From Alphaproteobacteria bacterium (GTDB taxonomy: Bacteria; Pseudomonadota; Alphaproteobacteria; UBA828), in NCBI GenBank assembly GCA_965220745.1, contig CBDCQT010000012.1, positions 416,001 to 480,000 on the forward strand: a stretch of 64,000 bases of DNA, in the 5' to 3' direction. The translations under genes were made by a program, and so were the position numbers. Of this stretch, positions 1-10,550 are shown piece by piece. Position 1 is the first letter of the stretch, and every line of letters starts with the position of its first letter. A model generated the notes under the pieces. That model did not search any database and had not been told where the DNA came from. It saw only the letters and a program-made list of their open reading frames with translations.

Positions 1-1638
1 GGCTGACTCGCTCATTCCCAGCGCATCGAGCCTGGCGATGAAGAGATCGCGCAGTGCCACCGACGACGCCATGTAGACGTCCTGCTGCACCGCCTTGAGC
101 GTCTCGACGCCCACGGCGGATTCGGCCTCGACGAGGGCGTGCATGCGGTTCACCCGGTCGTCGCGCGAGAAGAAGAATCCCACCGGGATGCTCGTCGCCG
201 GCGGCCGGTCGTTGGCGGAGACCAGGTAGCCCGCCTCCGGATTGTAGCTGAAGGGCAGATCCGCAGCGGTGCGCATGGCGCTCCACGAGGCGTCGTGGCC
301 GGCCGTGTCGAGGGCGATGTCGGTAGGCGGGCCGTTGCGGCTGGGGAGCCGCACTGCCAGCACCCTGCCGATATTCCCGTCTGCATCCGCGTAGAGCATG
401 TTCTGGCCCGGCACCGCGAAGCCGTCGAACGCCGCGCGGAACTCGGCGAAGGTGCGCGCCCGGCTCACTGCGAGCATGGCACCGATCTCGTCGCTTGCAT
501 CGTGACCGGTCCATCGCAGCGCGAGCGGCGGCAGGTCGAAGTCGGCGAGGAGCGGTACGTCGGTGACGATCGGCCCCCACTCTGATTCGCGGACGGTCAC
601 GTCGCTGTCGAACCACCAGCGCACGCCGATGCTCTCGCGTCGCTCGTCGATCTCCGAGACCGGCACGTCGCTGACATCGTAGAGGTCGCTCGAGGCCGCG
701 CGCATGTTCGTGCCGCCCCAGGCGATGTGCGGGTTGCGGCCGATGGCAAAGATCGGCAGCCCCGGCGCCATGAGCCCGACTGCGTGATAGGAGGGTGATC
801 TGATTCCGGCGATCAGCCAGACGTTGGGAACCAGAATGCCGAGATGGGGGTCGTTGGCCATGAGCGCGCCGCCCGTGTCGGTGCGGTGGCCTGCCACGGC
901 GAGGCTGTTGCTGCCGGACTTCGAGAGCCCGCCGAGCCAGCGCTGCATCCGGGCGGTGTCTCCGTCACCGTCGGATCCCGCGACCGAGACCGCGCCGCCC
1001 TCCACCAGGCGCGCCCAAAGCTCGTCCCAGCCGGCCCGTGCGCGCAGGGGGAGCAGGTCCATCCAGACCAGCCAGTTGACGTCCGTGCCGGCGAGGCGCC
1101 CCATGGCGAACACGTCCTCGACCGTCCAGGGCTCGGGCTCCAGGTTGAGAACGTCGAAGTCGTGCGGCAGCTTGGCAGCGGTGTCCTGGTAGTGGTTGAT
1201 GCCGTCCACGAAGCGCTGCACCCAGAGCCGCGTCGCCGCATCCATGCCGCTCTCGATCTCAGGCGCCGCGCGACCGAAGTCGAGGGTGCGCAGGCCGTGG
1301 TCGATGTCGACCCCGAGAGGGCCAATCATCTCCGACACCCTCCCCCGCGCGATCATCCGCATCGTTGCCATCTGACCCAGCCGCAGATGGGCGTGCACGA
1401 GGCCGAGCGCAAACGCCGCGTCACCGTCGCTCTCCGCCTCGATGAACGGAATCTGCTGCTCGCTCCAGTGGATCGTCACGGCCCCGTCGAGCAGCAGGCC
1501 GGCGGTGGGGAACGCCGCCAGACGCTCGGCGACGTCCTTCTGCTTCGGCAACGGCGTGAGCAGCGCGCACGCCGACAACGCGACCATCGCCGTCCCGAGG
1601 GCAAGCCAGGCGGCGAGGGGGGAAAGAAAGGAAACCAT
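1..1638 (-). CDS. Penicillin acylase family (Ntn-hydrolase) lipoprotein; 3' end lies outside the window
   Basis: ATG at 1638 with GGAGG upstream; lipobox LSAC; beta-subunit start G|SNSLAVAG...LMANDPHLG near 850-915. Absent from the ORF track because there is no stop in the window. Confidence 0.85.
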   Translation of the reverse strand, partial: MVSFLSPLAAWLALGTAMVALSACALLTPLPKQKDVAERLAAFPTAGLLLDGAVTIHWSEQQIPFIEAESDGDAAFALGLVHAHLRLGQMATMRMIARGRVSEMIGPLGVDIDHGLRTLDFGRAAPEIESGMDAATRLWVQRFVDGINHYQDTAAKLPHDFDVLNLEPEPWTVEDVFAMGRLAGTDVNWLVWMDLLPLRARAGWDELWARLVEGGAVSVAGSDGDGDTARMQRWLGGLSKSGSNSLAVAGHRTDTGGALMANDPHLGILVPNVWLIAGIRSPSYHAVGLMAPGLPIFAIGRNPHIAWGGTNMRAASSDLYDVSDVPVSEIDERRESIGVRWWFDSDVTVRESEWGPIVTDVPLLADFDLPPLALRWTGHDASDEIGAMLAVSRARTFAEFRAAFDGFAVPGQNMLYADADGNIGRVLAVRLPSRNGPPTDIALDTAGHDASWSAMRTAADLPFSYNPEAGYLVSANDRPPATSIPVGFFFSRDDRVNRMHALVEAESAVGVETLKAVQQDVYMASSVALRDLFIARLDALGMSESA

Positions 1639-1771
1639 GCGCTCCTCCAGGCAACGACCCGCTCTCCCTTATACGCCCAATGCCGCGTATTCGGAGAGGG
1701 GCGGGCGGAACCTCCTTCACGCAGGGAGAACGTAAGGGACTCCACCCGCCCGGGCACCGGCACGCGGGAGG

Positions 1772-2290
1772 CTAGTCGTGCCTATGGTGGTGCCGCCAGT
1801 GGGACTCCAGTTCCGCCGCGAGTTCCTGGCGCTGAGCAGGTGTCAGCACGTCGGCCACGTCGGCGAGTGCCGTGAGCAGGCGCTGGCTGGCACGGTCGGC
1901 GGCGGCGAGCTTGTTCTGGCGCAGCGCTTCGAGCGCCTCGCGGTCGACGGTCTCCTGGGTGAGCGCCTCGACCAGCGCCTGCCGGCCCTCACGCTTGAAG
2001 TCGCGGAACTCCTCCATGTCGGCCAGAGCGGCGGTCGTGATCGCACGCACTTGCTCGCGCTGCTCGTCCGTGGCGTCGACCTCGTCGAGCATGCCGTCGA
2101 TCTTCCACTCGACGAAGCGCTCGATCTTGTCGCCGTCCCATGACTTGCCGGAATAGGCCACCGCGCTCCAGGTCATGCCGCCGATGACCAGGACGAGGGC
2201 GCCGGCGATGCTCATCAGGATCCAGCGCGGGCGCGCCTTGCGGCGGCTGGTGCGGTCGGGGGTGTTTTCCGTCTTGTCGTCGTCGGTCAT
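1772..2290 (-). CDS. Spy/CpxP-family periplasmic protein
   Basis: N-terminal TM segment; LTxxQ-like motifs (ATDEQRE, VLTPAQRQEL); His-rich C-terminus. Confidence 0.75.
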   Translation of the reverse strand: MTDDDKTENTPDRTSRRKARPRWILMSIAGALVLVIGGMTWSAVAYSGKSWDGDKIERFVEWKIDGMLDEVDATDEQREQVRAITTAALADMEEFRDFKREGRQALVEALTQETVDREALEALRQNKLAAADRASQRLLTALADVADVLTPAQRQELAAELESHWRHHHRHD

Positions 2291-2420
2291 GTCTTTGCTT
2301 CTCTCTTGCTATGGGGTGTCGGACATGACTCAAGATGGGGATGGGCGGTTTCCCGCCGGTGTCCGGCAAGTAAAGAATTGTAAAGGCCGGGCGGGCGCCA
2401 ATCCGCCGCCGAGGTGCCGC

Positions 2421-2882
2421 CTACTGGGTGGTTCGGCGCCGCCCGAGCCAGCGTCCGACTTTTCGGCAATAGGCGTCGTAGCGCTCGCCGAACTGCTGGC
2501 GCATCGCGCGCTCCTCGTAAGCGATGTACCAGTAGCGAACGACGAGCGCGTAGGCCGCGGCCAGGACGACCCCCGCCAGCGTTGCGGTGATCAGCGCGGC
2601 TCCGAGACCCGCCAGAACCATGCCCACGTACATCGGGTTCCGGCTGATGGCATAGGGCCCGTCGGTGACGAGCACGCCAGGCTCCTCGAAGGTATGGAAG
2701 TTGGTTCGGGCTCGCCGAAACCGCAACATCGCGGGCCCCGCGATGCAGACGCCGAGAACCACGATCGCCGCGCCCGCCCAGAGGAGACCGGGCGGGTCGA
2801 ACCGGATCAGGGGCAGGAACATGTCGGCCCCGACCATCAGGCCGACCAGGATGCAGAGCAGTATCGGCGGGATGATGCGCAT
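2421..2882 (-). CDS. Isoprenylcysteine carboxyl methyltransferase / PEMT-family membrane protein
   Basis: LVTDGPYAISRNPMY and EERAMRQQFGERYDAYCRKVGRWL motifs. Confidence 0.85.
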   Translation of the reverse strand: MRIIPPILLCILVGLMVGADMFLPLIRFDPPGLLWAGAAIVVLGVCIAGPAMLRFRRARTNFHTFEEPGVLVTDGPYAISRNPMYVGMVLAGLGAALITATLAGVVLAAAYALVVRYWYIAYEERAMRQQFGERYDAYCRKVGRWLGRRRTTQ

Positions 2883-3052
2883 GACTCGTCCTCAGAATAG
2901 CGGCACTTGGCGGTTGCCGTAGATCGGATTTTCGGGAGGTTGCAGGAACCGGGTGGATCAGGGGCGACTGCGGTCTCTGGACGGGTGGCGGGCGGCCGTG
3001 GCATAAGCGGCGTCGTCGGGCTGAAACGGGTGCGGGAGCACCGGCGGGAACC

Positions 3053-3436
3053 ATGGCGACGATCGGCACACGGCTCTACACCATGCTGTGCGGCGCGCTG
3101 GTGGGCGAGGACGACGCCGGCAACCGCTACTATCGCGAGCGGTGGGGGCGGTCGGGGCCTGGCGAGCGCGAGCGGCGCTGGGTCGTCTACGAGGGCGAGG
3201 TGGAGGCATCCCGCGTGCCGCCGGAGTGGCACCGCTGGCTGCATCACAGCACGGACGAGCCGCCGACGGAGGCACCGCTCAGGGCGCAGCCGTGGGAGAA
3301 GCCGCACCAGCCGAACCTCACCGGCACCGCCGCCGCCTACCGGCCGCCGGGCCACATCCTGGGCCGCGGCAAGCGCGACCCGGCGACCGGGGATTACGAG
3401 CCCTGGCAGCCCGACGAGGGGCCGGCCAACGGCTGA
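3053..3436 (+). CDS. NADH:ubiquinone oxidoreductase subunit NDUFA12 (17.2 kDa)
   Basis: VGEDDAGNRYY, RRWVVY, VPPEWHRWLHH, NLTGT, YEPWQP. Confidence 0.92.
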   Translation: MATIGTRLYTMLCGALVGEDDAGNRYYRERWGRSGPGERERRWVVYEGEVEASRVPPEWHRWLHHSTDEPPTEAPLRAQPWEKPHQPNLTGTAAAYRPPGHILGRGKRDPATGDYEPWQPDEGPANG

Positions 3437-3482
3437 GTGCCGGACGTCCGGGAGGAGCGCGCCGGGGTCTGGCGCGCGGGAA

Positions 3483-4730
3483 CTAGGCCGGGCGGATCAG
3501 GGCGTGGCGCTTCTTGCCGGCGGAGAGCTTGATCTGGCCGTCGGCGCCGATGTCGTCGGGGCCGATGGCGCGCGTTTCCGACTCGATCACCGTGCCGTTG
3601 ATGCGGGCGCCGCCGCCCCGGATGAGCCGCCTTGCCGCGCCTCCCGATTCGCAGAGCCCCGCCGTCTGAAACAGCGCGATGACGGGAATGCCGGCTTCGA
3701 GCTCGCTCCGCGCGGCGTCGAAGACGGGCAGGTCCGCACCGGCGGCGCCTTCCTCGAAGGTCTGCCGCGCCGTCTCGGCGGCATTGGCGGCGGCTTCCTG
3801 GCCGTGGCAGAGGGCCGTCGCCTCGTTCGCCAGCAGCTTCTTCGATTCGTTCAGCTCGGCACCTTCGAGCGCCTCGTGACGCGCGATCTCGTCGAGCGGA
3901 AGCTCGGTGAAGAGCCGCATGAAGCGGCCGACATCGGCATCGTCGGTGTTGCGCCAATACTGCCAGTAGTCGTAGGGCGAAAGCCGGTCGTCGTTGAGCC
4001 AGACGGCGCCTTGCGCGGTCTTGCCCATCTTCGCGCCGGAGGCCAGCGTGATGAGCGGCGTGGTGAGCCCGAAGACTTGGCGCCCGTCGATGCGCCGCGC
4101 GAGCTCCACGCCGTTGACGATGTTGCCCCACTGGTCCGAGCCGCCCATCTGCAGGAGGCAGTCGGCGCGGCGGGAAAGCTCCAGGAAGTCGTAAGCCTGG
4201 AGAATCATGTAGTTGAACTCCAGGAAGCTCAGCGGCTGCTCGCGGTCGAGACGCAGGCGCACGCTGTCGAAGGTGAGCATCCGGTTGATCGAGAAGTGGG
4301 CGCCGATATCGCGCAGCAGCGGGATGTAGCCGAGCCCGTCGAGCCAGTCGGCGTTGTCGACCAGCAGCGCGTCGGTGGTCCCGTCGCCGAAGGAGAGGAA
4401 GCGGTCGAACGAGCGTCGAATGCCCTTCTTGTTCGCCACGATCGCGTCTTCGCTGAGCAGCGAGCGCGATTCGTCGCGCCCGCTCGGGTCGCCGATCTTG
4501 GTGGTGCCGCCGCCGAGCAGCACGATGGGCCGGTGACCTGTCTTCTGCAGCCAGCGCAGCATCATGATCTGCACCAGGCTGCCGACGTGCAGGCTGTCGG
4601 CGGTGCAGTCGAAGCCGATGTAGGCGGTGACGCGCTCCGCTGCGGCGAGCCCGTCGAGCCCCGCATCGTCGGTGCACTGGTGGATGTAGCCGCGCTCCGA
4701 CAGCACGCGCATGAAATCGGAGGAGAACAC
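3483..4730 (-). CDS. tyrS: Tyrosine--tRNA ligase
   Basis: [15 protein letters not shown] (HIGH-like), [15 protein letters not shown]-terminal S4-like domain. Confidence 0.97.
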   Translation of the reverse strand: MFSSDFMRVLSERGYIHQCTDDAGLDGLAAAERVTAYIGFDCTADSLHVGSLVQIMMLRWLQKTGHRPIVLLGGGTTKIGDPSGRDESRSLLSEDAIVANKKGIRRSFDRFLSFGDGTTDALLVDNADWLDGLGYIPLLRDIGAHFSINRMLTFDSVRLRLDREQPLSFLEFNYMILQAYDFLELSRRADCLLQMGGSDQWGNIVNGVELARRIDGRQVFGLTTPLITLASGAKMGKTAQGAVWLNDDRLSPYDYWQYWRNTDDADVGRFMRLFTELPLDEIARHEALEGAELNESKKLLANEATALCHGQEAAANAAETARQTFEEGAAGADLPVFDAARSELEAGIPVIALFQTAGLCESGGAARRLIRGGGARINGTVIESETRAIGPDDIGADGQIKLSAGKKRHALIRPA

Positions 4731-4852
4731 CGTCGCTCGACCCGCTGGCTGCCGTTCCGCCCGGCGGCCCGCGCGGGGCGCCGAGGCGCGCGGTCATGTA
4801 TCACACGGCCCGCGCGCGGACAACGCGGCACCCAGCTTGCCGCATGGCACAG

Positions 4853-5950
4853 ATGAGCGGCGCTTTGCCGGATGGGCCGGTCTGGGCCTTGGGCATGATG
4901 AGCGGCACCTCGCTCGACGGTGTCGATGCGGCGCTGATCGAGACCGACGGCGTCACCGTCCCGCGCTTCGGTCCGTGGCGCACCGCGCCCTATCCCGCCG
5001 CGCTGCGCGCGCAGCTCCGGACCGTGATCGAGGGGCGTGGCGAGCGCGAGGACGCGGAGCGGGCACTCACCGCGTTCCACGCGGATGCAGCCGAGGCGTT
5101 GCTAGCCGAAGCCGGCGTACGCCGGGAGGAGGTCGCTGTCGCGGGCTTCCCCGGCCACACGGTCCGTCACGAGCCCGAGGCCGGGCTGACCGACCAGATC
5201 GGCGACGGCGCGGCGCTCGCCCGCCGGCTCGGGATCGACGTGGTCAACGATTTTCGCAGCAACGACGTCGCCGCAGGCGGGCAGGGGGCGCCGCTCGTGC
5301 CGCTCTTTCACGCGGCGCTCGCGCGACGTAGTGGGCTCGCCGCGCCGCTTGCCGTGCTCAATCTCGGCGGCGTCGCCAACGTCACCTGGATCGGCGGGCC
5401 TGCCGACGAGGACCTGCTGGCCTTCGACACAGGGCCGGGCTGCGCACTGATCGACGACTGGGTGCTCGGCACGACCGGGGCCGCCCTCGACCGCGACGGC
5501 CGGCTGGCAGGCTCAGGCCAGGTGGACCGGGACGCCCTCGACGCCCTGCTGGCGCATCCCTACTTCGAAGCAAAACCGCCCAAGTCGTTGGATCGCAACC
5601 AATTCGACCCGGCGCCCGTGAGCGGGTTATCGGCGGGCGATGGCGCCGCCACGCTGATGGCCTTCACGGCGGAAGCCGTGCGCCGTGCGCTCGCGCACGT
5701 GCCGGCGGCGCCTTTGCGTTGGTTGGTGACCGGCGGCGGGCGGCACAACCTGGCGCTCATGGCGACGCTCGGCGAGCGTCTGGGCGCACCTAGCCAGCCG
5801 GTAGAGGCGGTCGGCTGGCAGGGCGATGCGCTGGAGGCGCAGGCCTTCGGCTATCTCGCCGTGCGCAGCCGGCGGGGGCTCGCGCTCAGCCTGCCGCGCA
5901 CCACGGGCGTTCCCCACCCGGTGAGCGGCGGGGTCTTCCATCCGGCGTAA
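4853..5950 (+). CDS. anmK: Anhydro-N-acetylmuramic acid kinase (start may be 4844)
   Basis: GMMSGTSLDGVD, GGQGAPLVP, NLGGVANVT, FDTGPG, EAQAFGYLA; divergent from tyrS. Confidence 0.95.
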   Translation: MSGALPDGPVWALGMMSGTSLDGVDAALIETDGVTVPRFGPWRTAPYPAALRAQLRTVIEGRGEREDAERALTAFHADAAEALLAEAGVRREEVAVAGFPGHTVRHEPEAGLTDQIGDGAALARRLGIDVVNDFRSNDVAAGGQGAPLVPLFHAALARRSGLAAPLAVLNLGGVANVTWIGGPADEDLLAFDTGPGCALIDDWVLGTTGAALDRDGRLAGSGQVDRDALDALLAHPYFEAKPPKSLDRNQFDPAPVSGLSAGDGAATLMAFTAEAVRRALAHVPAAPLRWLVTGGGRHNLALMATLGERLGAPSQPVEAVGWQGDALEAQAFGYLAVRSRRGLALSLPRTTGVPHPVSGGVFHPA

Positions 5951-5956
5951 GGGGAG

Positions 5957-6595
5957 TCAGTCGACGCGGCGAGCGACGTAACGCTCGACGATCTCGGCCA
6001 TGGTGTCGAGCTCACGCTCGTAAAAGTGGCCGGCGCCCTCGATCACTTCGTAGTCGATCTCGATCTGGCGCTGGCTCTGCAGCTTCGTCGCAAGCTCCGC
6101 CACTTCGGGCTCGGGCACCAGGTCGTCGGCGCCGCCGTGGACGATCAGGCCCGACGATGGGCACGGCGCGAGGAAGGTGAAGTCGAACTTGTTGGCCGGC
6201 GGGGAGACCGCGACGAAGCCTTCGATCTCCGGCCGGCGCATCAAGAGCTGCATGGCGATCCAGGCGCCGAAGGAGAATCCGGCGATCCAGCAGCGGTCGG
6301 CACCCGAATTCTGTATCTGCAGCCAGTCGAGCACCGAGGCCGCATCGCTCAGCTCGCCCTGGCCGTGGTCGTACTGGCCCTGGGAGCGGCCGACGCCGCG
6401 AAAGTTGAACCGAATGACCGAGAACGATTGCCGGAGGAAGGCGTGGTAGAGCGCGTGGACGATCTTGTTGTTCATCGTGCCGCCGTGCTGCGGGTGCGGG
6501 TGCAGCATGAGCGCGATGGGTGCGCGAGGGTCCTCGGCCTGCTGGTAGCGCGCCTGCAGGCGCCCCTCTGGCCCGTTGATCATCACTTCCGGCAT
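5957..6595 (-). CDS. Alpha/beta hydrolase
   Basis: HPHPQHGGTMNN, GFSFG nucleophile elbow, GAGHF; divergent from the cysE/isc genes. Confidence 0.9.
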   Translation of the reverse strand: MPEVMINGPEGRLQARYQQAEDPRAPIALMLHPHPQHGGTMNNKIVHALYHAFLRQSFSVIRFNFRGVGRSQGQYDHGQGELSDAASVLDWLQIQNSGADRCWIAGFSFGAWIAMQLLMRRPEIEGFVAVSPPANKFDFTFLAPCPSSGLIVHGGADDLVPEPEVAELATKLQSQRQIEIDYEVIEGAGHFYERELDTMAEIVERYVARRVD

Positions 6596-6698
6596 GGGCG
6601 ACTCATGGGCTCCGAACGCTGCTGAACAGGATCACGGTGCGACCGATGCCGGCGACGCATGGCGGCCACGCCTCCCCGCCCAGCATGGCGCAGCGGAG

Positions 6699-6731
6699 AT
6701 ACTTGACCCCTAGAGTCGGGAACTCTATATC
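6699..6731 (+). promoter_or_regulatory. IscR type-1-like operator overlapping a sigma70 promoter of cysE-iscR-iscS
   Basis: ATACTTGACCCCTAGAGTCGGGAAC resembles ATASYYGACTRWWWYAGTCRRSTAT; TTGACC(6703)-17 bp-TATATC(6726). Confidence 0.65.
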
Positions 6732-6803
6732 CCGTCCGTCACACGGGTATAATGGCCGGCGGCGGCGCCCCGCGCCGGCCATTGATATACGGACGGCTGC
6801 GCC

Positions 6804-7547
6804 ATGTTCAAGCGTATTTGGGAAGATATCGGCTGTGTGTTCGGCCGCGACCCGGCGGTCCGCTCCAGGATGGAGGTGTTTTTCTGTTATCCGGGGTTCC
6901 ACGCGCTGCTGTTCTATCACGTGTCGCACTGGCTCTGGCAAAGCGGCTTCCGCCTGCTCGGCCGCTTCGTGTCTCACGTGGGCCGGATTGTCACGGGCAT
7001 CGAGATCCACCCCGGCGCCCAGATCGGCCGCCGTCTCTTCATCGACCACGGCATGGGCGTGGTCATCGGCGAGACCTCCGTGATCGGCGACGACGTGACG
7101 CTCTATCACCAAGTCACGCTTGGCGGCGTCACTTGGTCGCCGGGCAAGCGGCACCCCACGGTGGGCGACGGCGTGGTGGTGGGGGCGGGCGCCCAGGTGC
7201 TCGGCCCGATCACGGTCGGCCGCGACGCGCGCATCGGTGCCAATGCGGTGGTGCTGAAGGACGTGCCGCCCGGCGCCACCATGGTGGGCATCCCGGCGCG
7301 GGCCGCAGGCCCGACTGAGGCGAAGACGGAGGCATCGTCATTCGATGCCTATGGCACGCCGTCGCCGGACATCGCCGATCCCATGACGCGTGCCGTCGAT
7401 AAGCTGTTGGCCGAGGTCCATGCCCTGAGAGACCGCGTGGAGGAGCTGGAGCAAGCCGCGCAGCCCGAGGCCGCGCCGTCGTCTGACAGCGAAGCCGAAG
7501 CCGAGGAGGCAGCGACACCGCTCGGCCGCCGTGCTGCGGGCGGCTAG
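6804..7547 (+). CDS. cysE: Serine O-acetyltransferase
   Basis: [33 protein letters not shown], hexapeptide repeats. Confidence 0.95.
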   Translation: MFKRIWEDIGCVFGRDPAVRSRMEVFFCYPGFHALLFYHVSHWLWQSGFRLLGRFVSHVGRIVTGIEIHPGAQIGRRLFIDHGMGVVIGETSVIGDDVTLYHQVTLGGVTWSPGKRHPTVGDGVVVGAGAQVLGPITVGRDARIGANAVVLKDVPPGATMVGIPARAAGPTEAKTEASSFDAYGTPSPDIADPMTRAVDKLLAEVHALRDRVEELEQAAQPEAAPSSDSEAEAEEAATPLGRRAAGG

Positions 7548-7556
7548 GAGCGGCCC

Positions 7557-8042
7557 GTGAAGCTCGGCACCAAGGGCCGCTACGCGGTGATGGCGATGGC
7601 GGAGCTTGCAATGCGCTCCGGCGGCGCGAGCGACGCTCAGCCCGTGACCCTCGCCGAGATCGCGGCACGGCAGGAGATCTCCCAATCCTATCTGGAGCAG
7701 CTTTTCGGCCGCCTGCGCCGCGCGGGCCTGGTGCGGAGCGCACGCGGGCCGGGCGGCGGCTACCGGCTGGCGCGGCCTGCGGCGGAGCTCCGGATCGTGG
7801 ACATCGTCGTCGCGGTGGACGAGAACTTGCGCGCGACGCGTTGCCCGCCGGATTCCGGGCGCGGCTGCATGAAGGACGCGAAGCGCTGCGTCACCCACGA
7901 TCTGTGGGACGAGCTGGGCCTCCACATCCACGGCTTTCTCAGCGCCGTCTCGCTTGAAGACGTGTGCGCGCGCCGGGTGCTCGGCATGAGCGACCGGCTT
8001 TCAGGCGGCGGGCGCGGGCTCGTGGAGCAGGCGGCGGAATGA
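7557..8042 (+). CDS. iscR: Rrf2-family regulator, IscR-like
   Basis: GTG start; TKGRYAVMAM, SYLEQLF, RGPGGGY; C...C...CVTH cluster ligands. Confidence 0.88.
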   Translation: MKLGTKGRYAVMAMAELAMRSGGASDAQPVTLAEIAARQEISQSYLEQLFGRLRRAGLVRSARGPGGGYRLARPAAELRIVDIVVAVDENLRATRCPPDSGRGCMKDAKRCVTHDLWDELGLHIHGFLSAVSLEDVCARRVLGMSDRLSGGGRGLVEQAAE

Positions 8043-9193
8043 GCGGTTCGGGCCCGATCTATCTCGACTACAACGCCACGGCGCCGATCAAGCCGGCGGT
8101 GGTGGAGGCTGTGGCCGAGGCGATGCTGCTGGCCGGCAATCCGTCGTCGGTGCACGGCTTCGGCCGCGACGTGCGCAAGCGCATCGAGGACGCGCGCGAG
8201 CAGATCGCGGCGCTGGTGGACTGCACCCCGGCGGAGCTGGTCTTTACCGCAGGCGGCACCGAGGCCAACAACACCGCACTCAGGGGCGCCGGCCGGCGGG
8301 CGCTGATCGTCAGCGCCATCGAGCATCCGGCGATCCTGCGCACGGCCGAGGCCGTGGCGGACGACCTCGTCGTGCTGCCGGTGGATGGCGACGGCGTGCT
8401 CGACATGGCCGCGCTCGGTGCGGCGCTGGCGGCGCACGGGCCGGAGGCGCTGGTCTCGGTCATGCTGGCGAACAACGAGACCGGCGTGATCCAGCCGGTG
8501 GCAGAGATCGCGTCGCGGGCCAAGGTGGCGGGCGCGCTGGTGCATTGCGATGCGGTGCAGGCGCCCGGCCGGATTCCGGTCTCCTTCGCCGGGCTCGGCG
8601 TCGACATGATGAGCATCGCCGCGCACAAGTTCGCCGGGCCCAAGGGGATTGGCGCGTTGATCGTGCGCGGAGGGCTGGATGTCGCGCCTCTCATCACCGG
8701 CGGCGGGCAGGAACGGGGCCTGCGCGGCGGTACCGAGAACGCCGCCGGCATCGTCGGCTTCGGCGCGGCGGCTGCCCTTGCCCGTGACGACCTCGCGCGG
8801 GCAGGCGAGATCGTGGCGCTCCGGGATCGGCTGGAGGCGCGGCTGCGCGAGACCGAGCCCGATGTCGTCATCTTCAGCGAAGGGGCAGCGCGCTTGCCCA
8901 ACACCAGCTGCCTCACCATGCCGGGCGTGCAGAGCGAAACGCAGGTCATGGGCCTCGATCTCGCGGGCGTCGCGGTGAGCGCGGGCTCCGCCTGCTCCTC
9001 CGGCAAGGTGGAACCCAGTCATGTGTTGCGCGCGCTCGGTGCGCCCGATGGCATCGGCGGTTGCGCCATCCGGGTCAGCCTGGGCTGGGCCACCACCGAG
9101 GACGAGGTCGAGCGCTTCCTGGGCGCCTGGCGGGCGCTCTACGCGGGCCTCACCAACCGCTGGAAGGCCGGCGTCTCGGCCGCTGCAGGATAG
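8039..9193 (+). CDS. iscS: Cysteine desulfurase (IscS/NifS family)
   Basis: IYLDYNAT, GNPSSVH, AHKFAGPKG (PLP Lys), GSACSS; ATG overlaps the iscR stop. Confidence 0.92.
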   Translation: MSGSGPIYLDYNATAPIKPAVVEAVAEAMLLAGNPSSVHGFGRDVRKRIEDAREQIAALVDCTPAELVFTAGGTEANNTALRGAGRRALIVSAIEHPAILRTAEAVADDLVVLPVDGDGVLDMAALGAALAAHGPEALVSVMLANNETGVIQPVAEIASRAKVAGALVHCDAVQAPGRIPVSFAGLGVDMMSIAAHKFAGPKGIGALIVRGGLDVAPLITGGGQERGLRGGTENAAGIVGFGAAAALARDDLARAGEIVALRDRLEARLRETEPDVVIFSEGAARLPNTSCLTMPGVQSETQVMGLDLAGVAVSAGSACSSGKVEPSHVLRALGAPDGIGGCAIRVSLGWATTEDEVERFLGAWRALYAGLTNRWKAGVSAAAG

Positions 9194-9207
9194 GCGCAGC
9201 CCGACCC

Positions 9208-9534
9208 GTGCCCTCCATGACCTTCATCGACCCCGATGGCACCCGCCACGAGGTCGAGGCGCCCGTCGGCGACTCCGTGCTGGATATCGCCTTCCGCCAC
9301 GGCATCGACATCGAGGGCGCGTGCGAGGGCGCGATGGCGTGCTCGACCTGTCACGTCATCGTCGATCCCGCGTGGTACGGCAAGCTCGAGGAGAAGTGCG
9401 AGGACGAGGAGGACATGCTCGATCTCGCGCTGGGCCTCACGCGCACCTCGCGCCTCGGCTGCCAGATCGTCATCACCGAGACGCTGGACGGGCTGGTGGT
9501 GACGCTGCCGGCAGAAACCAGCAACATGATGTGA
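9208..9534 (+). CDS. fdx: 2Fe-2S ferredoxin (adrenodoxin/ISC type)
   Basis: GACEGAMACSTCHV, EEDMLDLA, SRLGCQ. Confidence 0.93.
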   Translation: MPSMTFIDPDGTRHEVEAPVGDSVLDIAFRHGIDIEGACEGAMACSTCHVIVDPAWYGKLEEKCEDEEDMLDLALGLTRTSRLGCQIVITETLDGLVVTLPAETSNMM

Positions 9535-9583
9535 TGGGGTGCCCGGCGCCCCATCCCACGCAGGCCAGGCGGGACGCAAGACG

Positions 9584-10267
9584 ATGACGGAGGTAGAGGC
9601 GGGCTTCTTCGCGGGGCTACGCGAGGCCGCCGGGGACGACTGGCGGGCGTATGTCGAGCATCCCTTCGTGCAGGGCCTCGGCGACGGCACTCTGCCCGAG
9701 GCCGCGTTCCGCCGTTATTTGGTTCAGGACTATCTGTTCCTGATCCAGTTCGCCCGCGCCTACGGGCTCGCCGCCTACAAGGCGGACACCCTGGCCGAAA
9801 TCCGCGCGGCGTCCGACGGCCTCAAGGCCCTGGTCGAGGTCGAGATGGACCTGCACCGCGCCTATTGCGCCGACTGGGGGATCGTGGAGGCCGACCTCGA
9901 AGCGGTCGAGGCCGATGGCGCGACCCTCGCCTATACGGCTTACGTGCTGGAGCGCGGGCTGGCCGGCGACCTGCTCGACCTGCGGGTGGCGCTCGCGCCC
10001 TGCGTCATAGGTTATGGCGAGATCGGCGCCCGTCTTGCGGCCGAGCCTGGGGCGCACGGCGCTGGCAACCCCTACGGCCCCTGGATCGAGATGTATGCCG
10101 GCGAGGAGTACCAGACGTTCATGCGTGCCGAGATCGAGGCGCTGGGCGCGCTCGCGGCGGGCCGCGGCGGCTCCGCACGCTTCGCGCGGCTTGCCGAGAC
10201 CTTCCGCATGGCGACCCGGCTGGAAGCCGCGTTCTGGCAGGCCGGCCTCGACGCCGCCGGGACCTGA
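9584..10267 (+). CDS. tenA: TenA / thiaminase II family protein
   Basis: HPFV, YLVQDYLFL, APCVIGYGEIG (active-site Cys), YGPWIEMY, LEAAFW. Confidence 0.88.
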   Translation: MTEVEAGFFAGLREAAGDDWRAYVEHPFVQGLGDGTLPEAAFRRYLVQDYLFLIQFARAYGLAAYKADTLAEIRAASDGLKALVEVEMDLHRAYCADWGIVEADLEAVEADGATLAYTAYVLERGLAGDLLDLRVALAPCVIGYGEIGARLAAEPGAHGAGNPYGPWIEMYAGEEYQTFMRAEIEALGALAAGRGGSARFARLAETFRMATRLEAAFWQAGLDAAGT

Positions 10268-10515
10268 CAGACACGCACGACGCCGAAACATGGTCTGGTG
10301 CACGGTGCTTGGCGCCCGTGCCAGGATCGCGCCATGAGGTGTGTAGGCGATCGGAATACGGCCGGCCGGAGGAGCGTTCGCTCCGCAATCGAGAGGCTGC
10401 CCCTCTCAGTATGCACGCGGTCGTCCCTGCGGAATCCCGTCCATCCCGCTGAATCCCGGCGTGTCCCGCAACAAAATTAAGGTTGTGTGTCCCACGTGAG
10501 ACGCGGGAGGGGTAG

Positions 10516-10543
10516 TTGCGCCCCGCCAGCGCAACCCTATAGT
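10516..10543 (+). promoter_or_regulatory. Putative sigma70 promoter of the truncated mnmA copy (leaderless geometry)
   Basis: TTGCGC-16 bp-TATAGT, ATG 7 nt downstream, no Shine-Dalgarno; identical copy at 52151-52178. Confidence 0.55.
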
Positions 10544-10550
10544 GCGCGCC

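Noticed and set aside
2907-4856. 649 aa plus-strand ORF
   Set aside because: Shadow of tyrS and an alternative frame of NDUFA12; no motifs; typical of high-GC DNA
10476-10495. CtrA box or sciP remnant upstream of mnmA
   Set aside because: Only one TTAA half-site and no recognisable SciP-like ORF
10291-10500. tRNA or riboswitch as the integration target
   Set aside because: No cloverleaf, T-loop or recognisable aptamer motif; the repeat ends within mnmA coding sequence
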